Shown one piece after another: positions 1 through 10,868 of a DNA stretch of 64,000 nucleotides. The notes beneath the pieces are model-generated. The model made no database searches, was not told the DNA's origin, and saw only the letters and a program-made list of their open reading frames with translations. The stretch's first letter is position 1. Every line of letters starts with the position of its first letter. Source of the stretch: an uncultured delta proteobacterium (GTDB lineage: Bacteria > Myxococcota > Myxococcia > Myxococcales > Myxococcaceae). The stretch spans positions 96,001-160,000 of the forward strand of contig CAVZMH010000015.1 in assembly GCA_963776345.1 (NCBI GenBank). The letters are read 5' to 3'. Made by a program: the position numbers and the translations under genes.

Positions 1-1498
1 GGACCAGCGGCAGCTCGAGCTCGCGGGCCAGGCCGGTCAGCTTCGCCGACTCGATGTCGCGCCACAGACCCGGGGCGAGCCGCTCCACCGCCTGGGCCCG
101 CTGGCCGAAGGCGTCGGCCACGTCCTCCGGAGGCCGGTCGGCGAGCCCGCTCCCCGCCCTGCGTGCCGCCGCCGCGTCGTACGGGACGGGGAGCTCGAGG
201 TGGAGCCGCTCCCGCGCGAGGTCTGCCAGGGCGTGCTCCCTCCGCGAGGCGTTCAGGAGATACGAGAGCAGCTCGACGTCCGCCCCCAGCCCCTCGAGCC
301 CCAGCCCCAGGCCGAGGAGCAGCAGCGACAGCGCCTTGGCGTCGTGCGCGTCCTTCGCCACGCGGGGATTGGCCAGCACCGGCCCCAGCACCTCGCGCAG
401 GTCATCGAGCGAGAGCCGGCGCGCGCCGAGCCCGTGGTGGTCCAGCGAGAGGTAGGTCGCGGTGTCCCCGGCGGCGACCCCGAGGCCCACCAGCCGGGCG
501 GTGGCCGGAGGTCCGTCGTGCGCCGGCACCAGCGCGGCCCGCCCGTGCGCCCGGATGGCGTCGACCAGGGCCAGCAGCGCCTCGCGGTCGGCCACCACCG
601 CCGTCTTCCCCATCGGGCGCGCCGCGGCGGCGTCCGGGCTGGGGGGCATTTCTTGTAGCAGCTTGTAGAACTCGAGCTCGGTGAAGAGCGCCCGGGCCCG
701 CTCGCCGTCGATGGGCTGGCGGACGAAACGCGAGGCGTCGGTCTCCACCGGGAGGTCGGTCCGGAAGGTCACCAGCTGCTTGGCCCGGAGCACCCCGTCA
801 CGGTGCTGCTCGATGGCCTCGCGAATCTTCGGCTTCTTCACCTCGTCCAGCCGGGCGAGCAGCGTCTCCACGTCCCCGAACTGCTCGATGAGCTCCGCGG
901 CGGTCTTCGGGCCGATGCCCGGCACCTTCGGCACGTTGTCGATGGGGTCACCGACCAGCGCCAGGTAGTCGCGCATCTGCCCGGGCTCGATGCCCAGCCG
1001 CTCCTTCACCTCGCGCGGTCCGGTGTGCCGGTCGAGCATCGGGTCGTAGAGCGTGACCCGGTCGTCCACCAGCTGCATGAAGTCCTTGTCGCCGGTGACG
1101 ATGTGCACGTCGAAACCCTGCGCCTTCGCCGCCAGGGCCAGGGTGCCGATGACGTCATCGGCCTCCCAGCCGGCGTACTCGAGCACCGGGACCCGGAGGG
1201 CGTCGACCACCTGGCGCACCAGCTCGAACTGATGCGGGAGATCCGGCGGCGGCCCCTCGCGGTTGGCCTTGTAGCTGGGATCGATCTCCTGGCGCCCGGT
1301 GCGGCTCTCCTTGTCGAAGGCCAGCGCCACGTGGGTGGGCTTCATCTCTCGCAGCGTCTTGAGGAGCATGCGGGTGAAGCCGTACACCGCGTTGGTGGGC
1401 AGGCCCCGGCTGGTGCTGAGGTTGGCGATGGCGTGGTAGGCGCGGAAGACGAAACCCGACGCGTCGATCAGCGTCAGGACGGGGCGGGAGCTGGGCAT
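1..1498 (-). CDS. polA: DNA polymerase I, N-terminal part (5'-3' exonuclease domain onward); runs off the window start
   Basis: Not in ORF track (open at edge). Manual translation from ATG 1498: MPSSRPVLTLIDASGFVFRAYHA...PTNAVYGF...YKANR...EADDVIGTLA...TGDKDFMQLV...DNVPKVPGIGPKTA, classic Pol I 5'-nuclease motifs. Confidence 0.96.
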   Translation of the reverse strand, partial: MPSSRPVLTLIDASGFVFRAYHAIANLSTSRGLPTNAVYGFTRMLLKTLREMKPTHVALAFDKESRTGRQEIDPSYKANREGPPPDLPHQFELVRQVVDALRVPVLEYAGWEADDVIGTLALAAKAQGFDVHIVTGDKDFMQLVDDRVTLYDPMLDRHTGPREVKERLGIEPGQMRDYLALVGDPIDNVPKVPGIGPKTAAELIEQFGDVETLLARLDEVKKPKIREAIEQHRDGVLRAKQLVTFRTDLPVETDASRFVRQPIDGERARALFTELEFYKLLQEMPPSPDAAAARPMGKTAVVADREALLALVDAIRAHGRAALVPAHDGPPATARLVGLGVAAGDTATYLSLDHHGLGARRLSLDDLREVLGPVLANPRVAKDAHDAKALSLLLLGLGLGLEGLGADVELLSYLLNASRREHALADLARERLHLELPVPYDAAAARRAGSGLADRPPEDVADAFGQRAQAVERLAPGLWRDIESAKLTGLARELELPLV

Positions 1499-1516
1499 GA
1501 CTTCGCCCGCGGCACC

Positions 1517-2230
1517 CTATCGCAGCACGAGCTTGATTCTCTCGTTGCAGATGAAGAACTCGTCGCCGTCCTCCACCTGCTTGCGCTTGATCCGCTGCTT
1601 GTTGAACCAGGTGCCGTTCGAGGAGCCCAGGTCCTCGATGTAGTAGGCGCCGTCGTCCCGGACGATGACCGCGTGCTCCCGGCTCACCTTGCCGGAGTTG
1701 ATGATGAAGTCGCAGTGCTTGCCTCGCCCGATGACGAAGCGGTCCTTGCCGATGCGGTCCAGGGCGCCGTTCTCGGCCATGAGATACAGCTGGGCCCCGG
1801 CGCCGGAGCTCTCCTCGTCGTCCGGGAGCGGCCGGTCCAGGATGTCCAGCGGGTCGCCGGGCGTGCCGTCCGGGGCGCCGGTGTCCACCTCGCCGAGGGA
1901 GGCCAGGTCGTCGAGATCGCCCTTGCCCATGACCGGGGTGCCGATGGTGGGGGCGACGGCCTCGACTGGACCGGTGGTCCGGCCGGGCGCGGTCCGGGCG
2001 GGGACCGCGGCCGCCACCCGGTGGTTGAGCGTCGGCTGCGCCGGGACCGGGGTCTTCCGGCGCCCGGACACCTCCAGGAACCCGTTCAGCCGGGCGAACA
2101 TGAACAGGGCCTGGTTGATGAGCCCGTCCCGCTCGCTCCCCATCTGCCGCGCCATCTCCTCGAGGGCTTCCCAGAGGTGGTCGGGGATGGCCACCTTGCG
2201 AACGGGGTGTGGCGGGTTGTAGTCGCCCAT
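1517..2230 (-). CDS. FHA domain protein with N-terminal ribbon-helix-helix-like segment
   Basis: C-terminal part of ORF 1517..4774; likely start MGDYNP at 2230. FHA motifs IGRGKHCDFII-SGKVSREHA-DLGSSNGTWFN; N-terminus RKVAIPDHLWEALEEMARQMGSERDGLINQAL has an RHH-like pattern. Confidence 0.85.
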   Translation of the reverse strand: MGDYNPPHPVRKVAIPDHLWEALEEMARQMGSERDGLINQALFMFARLNGFLEVSGRRKTPVPAQPTLNHRVAAAVPARTAPGRTTGPVEAVAPTIGTPVMGKGDLDDLASLGEVDTGAPDGTPGDPLDILDRPLPDDEESSGAGAQLYLMAENGALDRIGKDRFVIGRGKHCDFIINSGKVSREHAVIVRDDGAYYIEDLGSSNGTWFNKQRIKRKQVEDGDEFFICNERIKLVLR

Positions 2231-2259
2231 GGCGCGCACGCTGGGGGACGTTACCACGG

Positions 2260-4818
2260 TCAGTAGTGGACGCCGATGTCCTGGGTGATGTTGGGCGTGC
2301 TGTAGGTGACCGTGGTCGGAGAGAAGTCCAGGATGGCGTTCCCCGCCGGATAGAGGACGAAGATGCGGTCCTGTCCCACGTTCTGCCCGACCGGGTAGAG
2401 GTTGCGCTGGTACAGCGCCAGGGCCCCGGGGAGGTTCAGGCCGCCCACCCCCAGAGACGCCGAGTTGATGGCAACCGCGGCCGGGCTGTAGCCGTTCACG
2501 AACTGGAAGAGGTACCCCGAGGCGCGCAACTCGGGGACGTCCCCGCCGCGCAGCACGTACTCGACGCCCGCGTCGGTGACCGTGTCTCCATTCTCGTCCA
2601 CGTAGGTGATCTGGTCCTTGAGATCGAAGGACAGACCGACCGAGCTGAGGATGCTGGCCGAGGTGCCGGCGTCGAAGCTGGGGCGCCAGAACCGCACGAA
2701 GCGCGGCGTGGTGTTCTCCCCCGCCTCGAACCTGGCCTGCCCTCCCGGCGGCGGCACCGCCACCCGGCCCAGGTACCCCGAGCTGGTCCCGGTCACGGTG
2801 AAGGGATGGACCGCCAGGCCGCTGCTGCGCAGGTTGTAGGACAGAGGGGGCGGACAGCTGTCGAGGGTGGGGATGGTGCCATCCGGGAGCACCAGCACGG
2901 TCCCGGCGTCGAAGTCGTTGGCCAGGGCGGTGCGGCGGGTGACCAGGAACACTCCTCCGGGACTGGGCACGAGCAGCGACCCGTCGGGCCCGGCGTCCAG
3001 CACCGGGAAGGCATAGGGACACTCGGTGCCGGTGTTGTCCACCGGGACGACGATGTCCCCCGCCTCGACGTACCCCTGCTCGACCAGCGTCCGGCTGTTG
3101 ATGGAGATCGGCCAGATGCCGCTGCGGGGATCGCCCAGCCCCGCGTCCAGCGGCTCGCCGATGATGCCGGACACGATGCCCTCGTACAGGACGTACACCG
3201 CTTCGCTGTAGGGCCAGATGCCCGGGTCGATCTTGATGTTGGTCGGCCCTCCCCGGAACGAGGCCGGGACGCCGGAGTTGAGGGTGGCCTGCTGCAACGT
3301 GATGGTGGGAACGTTGTTGGCGAAGTTGATCTGCCGGAGCGTCATCGCGTCGAAGGCGAAGATCTGCGCCACCACGTTGCTGTTGCCGTACCCGGTGATG
3401 GTCACGAAGCCGAGCAGTCCGTACTGGAGCTGATCCCCGGTGAAGTAGAGCGCGAGCCCGCTCGACTGGACGGCGATGTCCTGGATGATGCCCACCGCGT
3501 GGTTGTTCCCGAAGCGGATGGGGATCATCCGGTTCTGGTCCCGCGGGACGCCGCCATCGAAGAACGCCGGGGCGCGGTAGTAGGTGTCCTCGTAGTGAGC
3601 GCAGCATCCAGCGTCGGGAAGCCGGACCGGCACCCCGGCGTCGTCCAGGAGATCGCGGCCGTCGTCGAACCCGTCGATCGCCACCGGGTAGGCGGTGATG
3701 GGGCCCCCGGTTCCCCCGTCCGCGTAGTCCTGGAGCGTCCCGGTGCGATCGAGATCGACCGCCATGACCCCGACGCAGTCGAGGCTCCCGCCGCAGGAAG
3801 CCTCGTCGAGGATGGCGAAGATGCGCGTCCCGGCGTCCATCACCACCGACGCGGTCCCGCCGTCCACCCCGCCGTCGATGTCGAGGCCGAGGGGGTTGTT
3901 CGAGGTGGCAGTGAGCTCCACCACATTGCCGTGGGTGATCATCCGCTTCACCGGGAAGCTCTGAGCGACGGTGGTGTCCACGTTGAACACCACCGGAAAG
4001 GGGCCGGCGACCAGACCGGAGGGCTGCGGGTCCACCAGGGTGATCACCCCGAGCTCGGTCATCGTGCCGGGGAGCGCCGGGGGTCTGGCCAGGAGCCGCG
4101 AGGCGACGACCAGCCGCCGCTCCTCCGGATCCGGGGGCCGGGCGGGGTGCTGCACCGTGGGCAGGGCCACCATGGCCGTCACCACCGCCTGGGGCACCAG
4201 GCCGATGGGCTGGAGGCTGTAAGGCGGGAGCGTGGACGGATACTGACCGCACAGCTTCGGGTCGACGGTGGTGTTGCCCCGGTTGCGCGGAAGGTTGGGC
4301 AGGAGCAGCTCCCAGAGAGTGCTGTCCGTGCCGTCGAAGGTGGCGAAGTAGAGCTGGGCCTGCCGGTCGTCGGCGGTGAGGCGGGAGGCGAGCGCGGTCA
4401 CCACCGAGTCCGGCCGGGGCGTGACGCGGCCGAACTCCCGGAGCTGCTGCGGACAGTTCAGTGCGCCGATGATCGACACGCCTGGGCCCCCGGCGCCGCG
4501 GGCGAACACCCAGTCCCCCTGGAGTGGCTGCCCCAGCGGGCCGTAGCGGGTCGGGGTGGCCAGCTCCACCGGCGCGTTGATCGTGGTGATGGACAGCGGG
4601 TTGAGCGGGTTCGGAGCGCGGACGTAGTCCCGCTGGAAGCCCGCGCGCGGCTCGATGTCCAGCACCCGGAGCTCGTTGCTGCGGGTGCTGGTCACGAAGA
4701 GCAGCGAACCCGAGACGACGGAGGAGTTGGTGCCGCTCATCTGCGAGGGCGGCGGCACGCCGGTCTGCGAGCACGCCGCCGAGGCGACGAGCAGGAGGGC
4801 GAGGAGGCGCGTCTTCAC
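2260..4818 (-). CDS. Large lipoprotein of unknown function, probably beta-rich
   Basis: 852-aa ORF, GTG start overlapping the upstream stop; signal peptide with lipobox (LLVASAAC); strong GC3 coding pattern. Confidence 0.8.
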   Translation of the reverse strand: MKTRLLALLLVASAACSQTGVPPPSQMSGTNSSVVSGSLLFVTSTRSNELRVLDIEPRAGFQRDYVRAPNPLNPLSITTINAPVELATPTRYGPLGQPLQGDWVFARGAGGPGVSIIGALNCPQQLREFGRVTPRPDSVVTALASRLTADDRQAQLYFATFDGTDSTLWELLLPNLPRNRGNTTVDPKLCGQYPSTLPPYSLQPIGLVPQAVVTAMVALPTVQHPARPPDPEERRLVVASRLLARPPALPGTMTELGVITLVDPQPSGLVAGPFPVVFNVDTTVAQSFPVKRMITHGNVVELTATSNNPLGLDIDGGVDGGTASVVMDAGTRIFAILDEASCGGSLDCVGVMAVDLDRTGTLQDYADGGTGGPITAYPVAIDGFDDGRDLLDDAGVPVRLPDAGCCAHYEDTYYRAPAFFDGGVPRDQNRMIPIRFGNNHAVGIIQDIAVQSSGLALYFTGDQLQYGLLGFVTITGYGNSNVVAQIFAFDAMTLRQINFANNVPTITLQQATLNSGVPASFRGGPTNIKIDPGIWPYSEAVYVLYEGIVSGIIGEPLDAGLGDPRSGIWPISINSRTLVEQGYVEAGDIVVPVDNTGTECPYAFPVLDAGPDGSLLVPSPGGVFLVTRRTALANDFDAGTVLVLPDGTIPTLDSCPPPLSYNLRSSGLAVHPFTVTGTSSGYLGRVAVPPPGGQARFEAGENTTPRFVRFWRPSFDAGTSASILSSVGLSFDLKDQITYVDENGDTVTDAGVEYVLRGGDVPELRASGYLFQFVNGYSPAAVAINSASLGVGGLNLPGALALYQRNLYPVGQNVGQDRIFVLYPAGNAILDFSPTTVTYSTPNITQDIGVHY

Positions 4819-6305
4819 GGGGCGGTATCCACGCAGTTCCGGTCGTCCGTGGTGATCACGCAGAACTGCTTCTCCCCGATGTGGGCGATCAGCCGGGGCG
4901 CCAGCGTCGCGGGCGACTGGTCGCCTCTCAACAGGGGCACGTCCACCACCGCGATCCGGCCATCACCGAAGTTGCTGACGTACAGCCGGACCACGGTCCC
5001 TCCGGGTCCGCTCCGACGGTCCATCGCGATCCCGAAGGGAACCGCCCCCACCCCTGGCACCAGCGCGGCGATCTGTCCGAGGTTGTCGTCGTAGAACGCC
5101 AGCGAACCGTCGACCGAGCAGCTGATGACCACCAGCGGCGAGCGCGCCCGGCCCGTGGCCGGGTCCAGACCGCGCGCGAGGAGCTGCACGTCGTTGGGGC
5201 CCGCCGGCAGGGGCACGGCCCGTACCAGGGTGAAGGTCGGAGCGAGGTCCGCGATCAGCGGCTCGTTCACGTCGATGACCAGCAGCGCGGCCGGGTTGTC
5301 CACCGCCAGGTAGAGACGAGGGGGGCGGAACCGGTCCCCCGGGCGGAGCTGGAGGGCCCGGGCGTCGGTGGACGCCCAGACCAGCTGGAGCTGCGGGTAG
5401 GCGATGAGGTTGCTCCTCCGGTCCACGACGCGGAGGAGCACGTCCGGGTCGGTGACGTTGATCTTCGCCCTGCCCGAGACGTAGAGGAAGTCCGGCGTGA
5501 CGATGATGCTGTTCGACCCGCCGGGGCCGATGGTGCTGAACGCCGAGTCCGGGACGACGTAGCCCGCGTCCGGGCTCCACGTCTTTCGGGCCGCGTCCAG
5601 GTCCGTCTGGTGGAGCGTGACCAGGAAGTTCAGGAGATTGGTGAAGCTCAGAGCTGGGCTCGAGGCCGGACGGAGGTGGGTGACGTAGATCTCGTCGGTG
5701 TCGGGCGCCAGCGTGACGCTGTACGGCTGGGGCGCCGCCGGGTAGCCGTAGTCCCCCGGGGTCTGGGCCAGCGCCAGCCGGAGCGCGTCCACGGTGCAGT
5801 CCTTCCCTCCGCTGAAGAAGCACCGCAGCGGGGCGCCGCCGTCGGGGTCGGGCGTGATGTCCATGATCGCCAGCTCGTCCCCCTCGGAGCGCGAGGGCAC
5901 GAAGAGCCGGGTCCCGGCATCGTCCACCGTGGCCAGTCCGGCGAAGCTGGAGATGGTCACGATGCTGTCCGCGGTGGTGGCCAGCTGGGTGAACTGCACC
6001 GGCCGGCCCTGGTCGGATCCGCCGTCCAGCGGCGCGGCGATGGCTCCCCCGGGCGGCGGCAGGCTCCGCCCGTCCGGCGAGCGCACCTGGCCGAGGTCCA
6101 CGGTGGTGACCCAGCCCACGTCGAAGCGGCGATCGAAGTTGGAGCTGGCGACGTAGATCCGCCCCACCCCGGCGTCGAGGTCGGCCGGGGGGATGAAGGC
6201 CAGTCCCGTCGGATAGTAGAGGCGGGTCTCCACCGGCGGCCGCGAGGCGGGCGTCTTGTCACAGGCGACGGCGAGGAGGAGGGTCGAGAGGAGGGCGAGG
6301 CGCAT
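4815..6305 (-). CDS. Lipoprotein, putative YVTN/YncE-like beta-propeller
   Basis: Start MRLALLSTLLLAVAC (lipobox) at 6305; repeated propeller-type segments RIYVASSNFD, RLFVPSR, EIYVTH, FLYVSG, RLYLAV, RLYVSNFGDGRIAVVD. Confidence 0.8.
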   Translation of the reverse strand: MRLALLSTLLLAVACDKTPASRPPVETRLYYPTGLAFIPPADLDAGVGRIYVASSNFDRRFDVGWVTTVDLGQVRSPDGRSLPPPGGAIAAPLDGGSDQGRPVQFTQLATTADSIVTISSFAGLATVDDAGTRLFVPSRSEGDELAIMDITPDPDGGAPLRCFFSGGKDCTVDALRLALAQTPGDYGYPAAPQPYSVTLAPDTDEIYVTHLRPASSPALSFTNLLNFLVTLHQTDLDAARKTWSPDAGYVVPDSAFSTIGPGGSNSIIVTPDFLYVSGRAKINVTDPDVLLRVVDRRSNLIAYPQLQLVWASTDARALQLRPGDRFRPPRLYLAVDNPAALLVIDVNEPLIADLAPTFTLVRAVPLPAGPNDVQLLARGLDPATGRARSPLVVISCSVDGSLAFYDDNLGQIAALVPGVGAVPFGIAMDRRSGPGGTVVRLYVSNFGDGRIAVVDVPLLRGDQSPATLAPRLIAHIGEKQFCVITTDDRNCVDTAP

Positions 6306-6319
6306 CGAAAAGGGCGCGC

Positions 6320-6349
6320 ATCCTAGAGATCCGCGACCCGGCGTCGCAA
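6320..6349 (-). promoter_or_regulatory. Putative sigma70-type promoter for the lipoprotein-FHA-polA unit
   Basis: Minus strand TTGCGA-N18-TAGGAT, ending 14 nt before ATG 6305. Confidence 0.4.
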
Positions 6350-6397
6350 GGACTAGCAGCGGACTACGAACAGGCAGACGACCACGGTTGTTCCCCC

Positions 6398-6871
6398 TCA
6401 GCGTCGCGGCGATGGGTCGTCCTTTCCACCGGTGGCCCGCCAGTAGTCGGTGAGGATCCGCTGCACCCGGTCGGAGTTGGGGTAGGTCCGGCACGACAGG
6501 AGATACGTCTCGTAGGCGCGGGTCCCGGCGCGCGGGTCTCCCAGCTTGGCGTGGGCGCTGCCGAGGATGAGGTAGGCCCAGCCCGCGCGCGGGTCGAGCT
6601 CCAGCGCGCGCTGGAGCTTGGGGACCGCGCGCTTCACCTCCGCCAGGTCCTTGCTGTCGGTCAGCCGGGTCCCTTCCTGAAGCAGCTTGCGGACCGAGCC
6701 GTCCTTCACCTCCGGGCCGCAGACCAGGCCGGGGAGCGTCTTGCCCTCGAACCGGGGGGTATAGGGGAGGATGGACGCCGGCGGCAGCTCGTCGTCCTCG
6801 CGCGTCTGGCTGTCGATCTCCGCCTCCAGCGCCGGGGCCGAGACCAGCACCAGGAGGAGGAGGCCGCTCAC
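6398..6871 (-). CDS. Small exported tetratricopeptide-repeat protein
   Basis: GTG overlaps glyS stop (GTGA); hydrophobic N-terminus then TPR-like LQRALELDPRAGWAYLILGSAHAKLGD. Confidence 0.7.
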   Translation of the reverse strand: MSGLLLLVLVSAPALEAEIDSQTREDDELPPASILPYTPRFEGKTLPGLVCGPEVKDGSVRKLLQEGTRLTDSKDLAEVKRAVPKLQRALELDPRAGWAYLILGSAHAKLGDPRAGTRAYETYLLSCRTYPNSDRVQRILTDYWRATGGKDDPSPRR

Positions 6872-8969
6872 GGCGCCGCCCCGCCCTCCGCCTGGATCCG
6901 CGACAGGTCGGCCAGGGGCGCGAACACCAGTGCCACCTCGCGGAGGAGGCGCACCCGGTTGTCGCGCACCGCCCGGTCGTCGGTCATCACCAGGACCTGT
7001 TCGAAGAAGGCGTCCACCGGACCCTTCAGCGCGCGGGCGGCGGCGAGCGCGGCCGGAGCGTCGTCGGCGGCGAGCGCCCGGTGGACCTCGGCGGAGGCCC
7101 GGCGCGCCACCTCGGCCAGGGCTTTCTCCGAGACCTCCTGGAACAGCCGGGGGTCGGCCGCCTCCGCCGAGACGTCCCTCCCTTGCTTCTCGACGATGTT
7201 CACCGCGCGCTTGAAGGCGATGGCCAGGGGGGTGAAGTCCGGCGCGCCCACCACCTGGGCGAAGGCGTCCAGCCGCGCCCGGGCCGAGCGCAGGTCGTCG
7301 AACCCGGCGGCCAGCACCGCCTCCACCACGTCGGCGCGGGCCCGGTCCCCCCAGAGCGCGCGGAGGCGGCCGCGGAAGAACTCCAGCAGCTGCGCCCGGG
7401 CCTCGGCCCGCGGCGCGGCGCCGAGCCCGAGCTTCCTCCCCACGCCGTCGAGCGCGTGGTCCACCGCCTCGCCCAGAGAGAGCCGGTAGCCGCGCCCGAG
7501 CACGAGGTGGACGACGCCGATGCACGCCCGCCGGAGCCCGAACGGGTCGGCCGAGGCGGTGGGGGGCTTTCCGAGCGCGAACAGCCCGGCCAGCGTGTCC
7601 AGCCGGTCCGCCATGCCGACCAGGGCGCCGGGGTCGTCGGCGGGTACCGGGTCGAACGCCCCGCGCGGCAGGTAGTGGTCGGCGATGGCCTGGGCCACCG
7701 CCGGCGGCTCGCCCGAGGCCAGCGCGTACTCGCGGCCCATGATGCCCTGGAGCTCGGGGAACTCGCCGACCATGCCGGTGGTGAGGTCGGCCTTGGCGAG
7801 GAGCGCGGCGCGGTCCACCACCTCGAGCAGCTCGGGCCGGCCCACGGCGCGGGTCAGGGCCGCGGCGAGCAGCCGGATGCGCCCCACCTTCTCGGCGTAG
7901 GTCCCGAGCTTGCCCTGCCACACCACCCGCTCGAGCGCCGGCACGCGCGAGGCGAGCGGGACCTTGCGGTCCTCGTCGAAGAAGAAGCGGCCGTCGGTCA
8001 GACGCGAGCGGAGCACCCGCTCGTAGCCCCGGAGCGACAGCTCCGGGTCACGCACCGGGGTGTTGGAGACGGCCACGAACCTGGGAAGCAGCCGGCCGTC
8101 CGCGTCCAGCACCGGGAAGTAACGCTGGTGCGAGGTCATCTCCTGCACCAGGACCTCGGGCGGCAGCTCCAGGTGCCGCTGCTCGAAGCTGCCGAGGACG
8201 GCGGTGGGCCACTCCACGAGCTCGGTCACCTGGTCGAGCAGCGCCGGGTCCTCGCGGATGCGCCCCCCGGCCTTGCGGGCCGCGTCGGCCACCTCGGTGC
8301 GAATGCGCTCCCGTCGCCCGGTCACGTCGGCCAGCACCTGGGCCCGCTCGAGCAGGCCGGCGTAGTCCCGGGGGTGCGGGACGGGATGCGGCCCCGGCGA
8401 GAGGAAGCGGTGGCCGAGCGTCATCCGCCCGCTCTTCACGTCGGCGAAGACGACCGGGACCACCTCCTGGCCGTGGAGCGCGAGCAGCCACTGCACCGGA
8501 CGGGCGAAGCTCTGCTCCACGTCCCCCCAGCGCATGCTCTTCTTGAACTCGATGCGGTGCACCGCGGTCCCCAGGACGCCCGGGAGGAGCACGCTGGCCG
8601 GGCGACCGGCCTCGGTCACCTCGGCGGCCAGGTACTCCCCCTTCGGCGTCTGCACCCGCCGGAGCGCGGACACCGCCACCCCCTGCGCCTCGGCGAACCT
8701 GGTCGCGGCCTTGGTGAGCGTGCCGTCCGGCGCGACGCCGGCCTTCACCGAGGGGCCGAGCGCCTGCCGGGTGGCGTCGGGGCTTCGCTCGGCCACCGAC
8801 TCCACCAGCACGGCGAGCCGGCGCGGCGTGGCGAAGGTGCGGGCGGCCCCGTGGGTGAGCCGCGCCCCCTCGAGGCCCGAGAGGACGAGCGTCCGGAGCT
8901 GTTCCACGCCCGGCTCGACCGCGCCGGCCGGGAGCTCCTCGGTGCCGATCTCGAAGAGGAGGTCCTCGC

Positions 8970-8973
<4 letters not shown>
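6868..8973 (-). CDS. glyS: Glycine--tRNA ligase beta subunit
   Basis: [61 protein letters not shown] overlaps glyQ stop. Confidence 0.97.
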
Positions 8974-9926
<953 letters not shown>

Positions 9927-9944
9927 CGCCAAGCGGGGCGCACC

Positions 9945-10130
9945 CTAGTGCCTCGACCGGGGTGTATCGAGCGCTGCGATGGTCGATCCTCTCGCTGCCA
10001 CCCGCAGACTCGGCCCTGCGCTGCTCGACGTGCCGACGAGCACGCCTCCGCTGCTCGTTCCTCGTGTGCGCGGTTTCGCTTCGGTCTCTGCCATCTCGCT
10101 GTGCTCAATACACCCCGGTCGAGGCACTAG
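9945..10130. mobile_element. MITE-like non-autonomous element with ~30-bp terminal inverted repeats and CTAG at both ends
   Basis: Left end CTAGTGCCTCGACCGGGGTGTATCGAGCGC (9945-9974) vs reverse complement of right end CTAGTGCCTCGACCGGGGTGTATTGAGCAC (10101-10130): 28/30 identical, first 23 perfect; no convincing internal gene. Confidence 0.75.
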
Positions 10131-10858
10131 TCGACGCCCACGCTGCGCAGGAAGTCGACGCTCTTCAGCCGCCGTCCGAGCTGGGCCTCGATGAACCGCG
10201 CCAGGAGCCCCCGGGCCTCGGCCCGGAGCGCCGGGGACAGCGGCCGACGCGCCCCTCCCTGGATCGCCAGGAGGCCGGCGAGCACCGCCGGGTCGATGCC
10301 CGGGGCCCTGGACCGGTCGCCGCAGCCCGCGCAGACCGCGCCCCCGTGGTCCACGTCGAACCGGGGCGCCTCGCCGGGAGGTCCGCCGCAGAGCGCGCAG
10401 GCGTCGAAGCGGGGCCGGAGGCCGGCCAGGGCCAGCGCCTGGAGCTCGAAGGCCAGCACCGAGGTGGGGCCGGCCTCCCCCGCGTCCAGGCGGCCCAGCC
10501 ACTCCACCGTCAGCGCGAAGAGCTCGGGGGCCGGCTGGTCGTCACGGAGCAGCTCGCGGCAGAGCTCGAGGGCATAGAGCGCCCGGGCGATGCGCGGCAG
10601 CTCCTCGCGGATGCGGGGAAAGGCGTGCACCACGTCCACCCCGTCGAGCCGGACGGTGGAGCCGTGCCGTTCCACCAGGCGCGCCCGCAGCACCGTGCCC
10701 GGCTCGAGCGCCCCGGCGAACCGGCGGCGGCTCTTGCGCGCGCCGGCGGCGAAGGCGGTGAGCTTGCCCCGTCCCCGCGTGAGCAGGGTCACCAGCCGGT
10801 CGGCCTCGCCGTAGTCCAGCGTGCCCAGGACCAGCGCCTCGTCCTCCCAGCGCTCCAC
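10127..10858 (-). CDS. recO: DNA repair protein RecO
   Basis: EALVLGTLDYGEADRLVTLLTRGRGKL, GARKSRRRF, C-terminal Zn motif CALCG...AVCAGC. Confidence 0.95.
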   Translation of the reverse strand: MERWEDEALVLGTLDYGEADRLVTLLTRGRGKLTAFAAGARKSRRRFAGALEPGTVLRARLVERHGSTVRLDGVDVVHAFPRIREELPRIARALYALELCRELLRDDQPAPELFALTVEWLGRLDAGEAGPTSVLAFELQALALAGLRPRFDACALCGGPPGEAPRFDVDHGGAVCAGCGDRSRAPGIDPAVLAGLLAIQGGARRPLSPALRAEARGLLARFIEAQLGRRLKSVDFLRSVGVD

Positions 10859-10868
10859 TCGCGGCGGC

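Noticed and set aside
1517..4774. 1085-aa ORF appearing to be a giant FHA protein
   Set aside because: The first ~845 aa are an off-frame shadow of the 852-aa lipoprotein (Arg/Pro/Gly-rich); only 1517-2230 is a plausible gene
9945..10130. T-box or glycine riboswitch upstream of glyQS
   Set aside because: No T-box consensus recognised; long terminal inverted repeats with CTAG ends fit a MITE better
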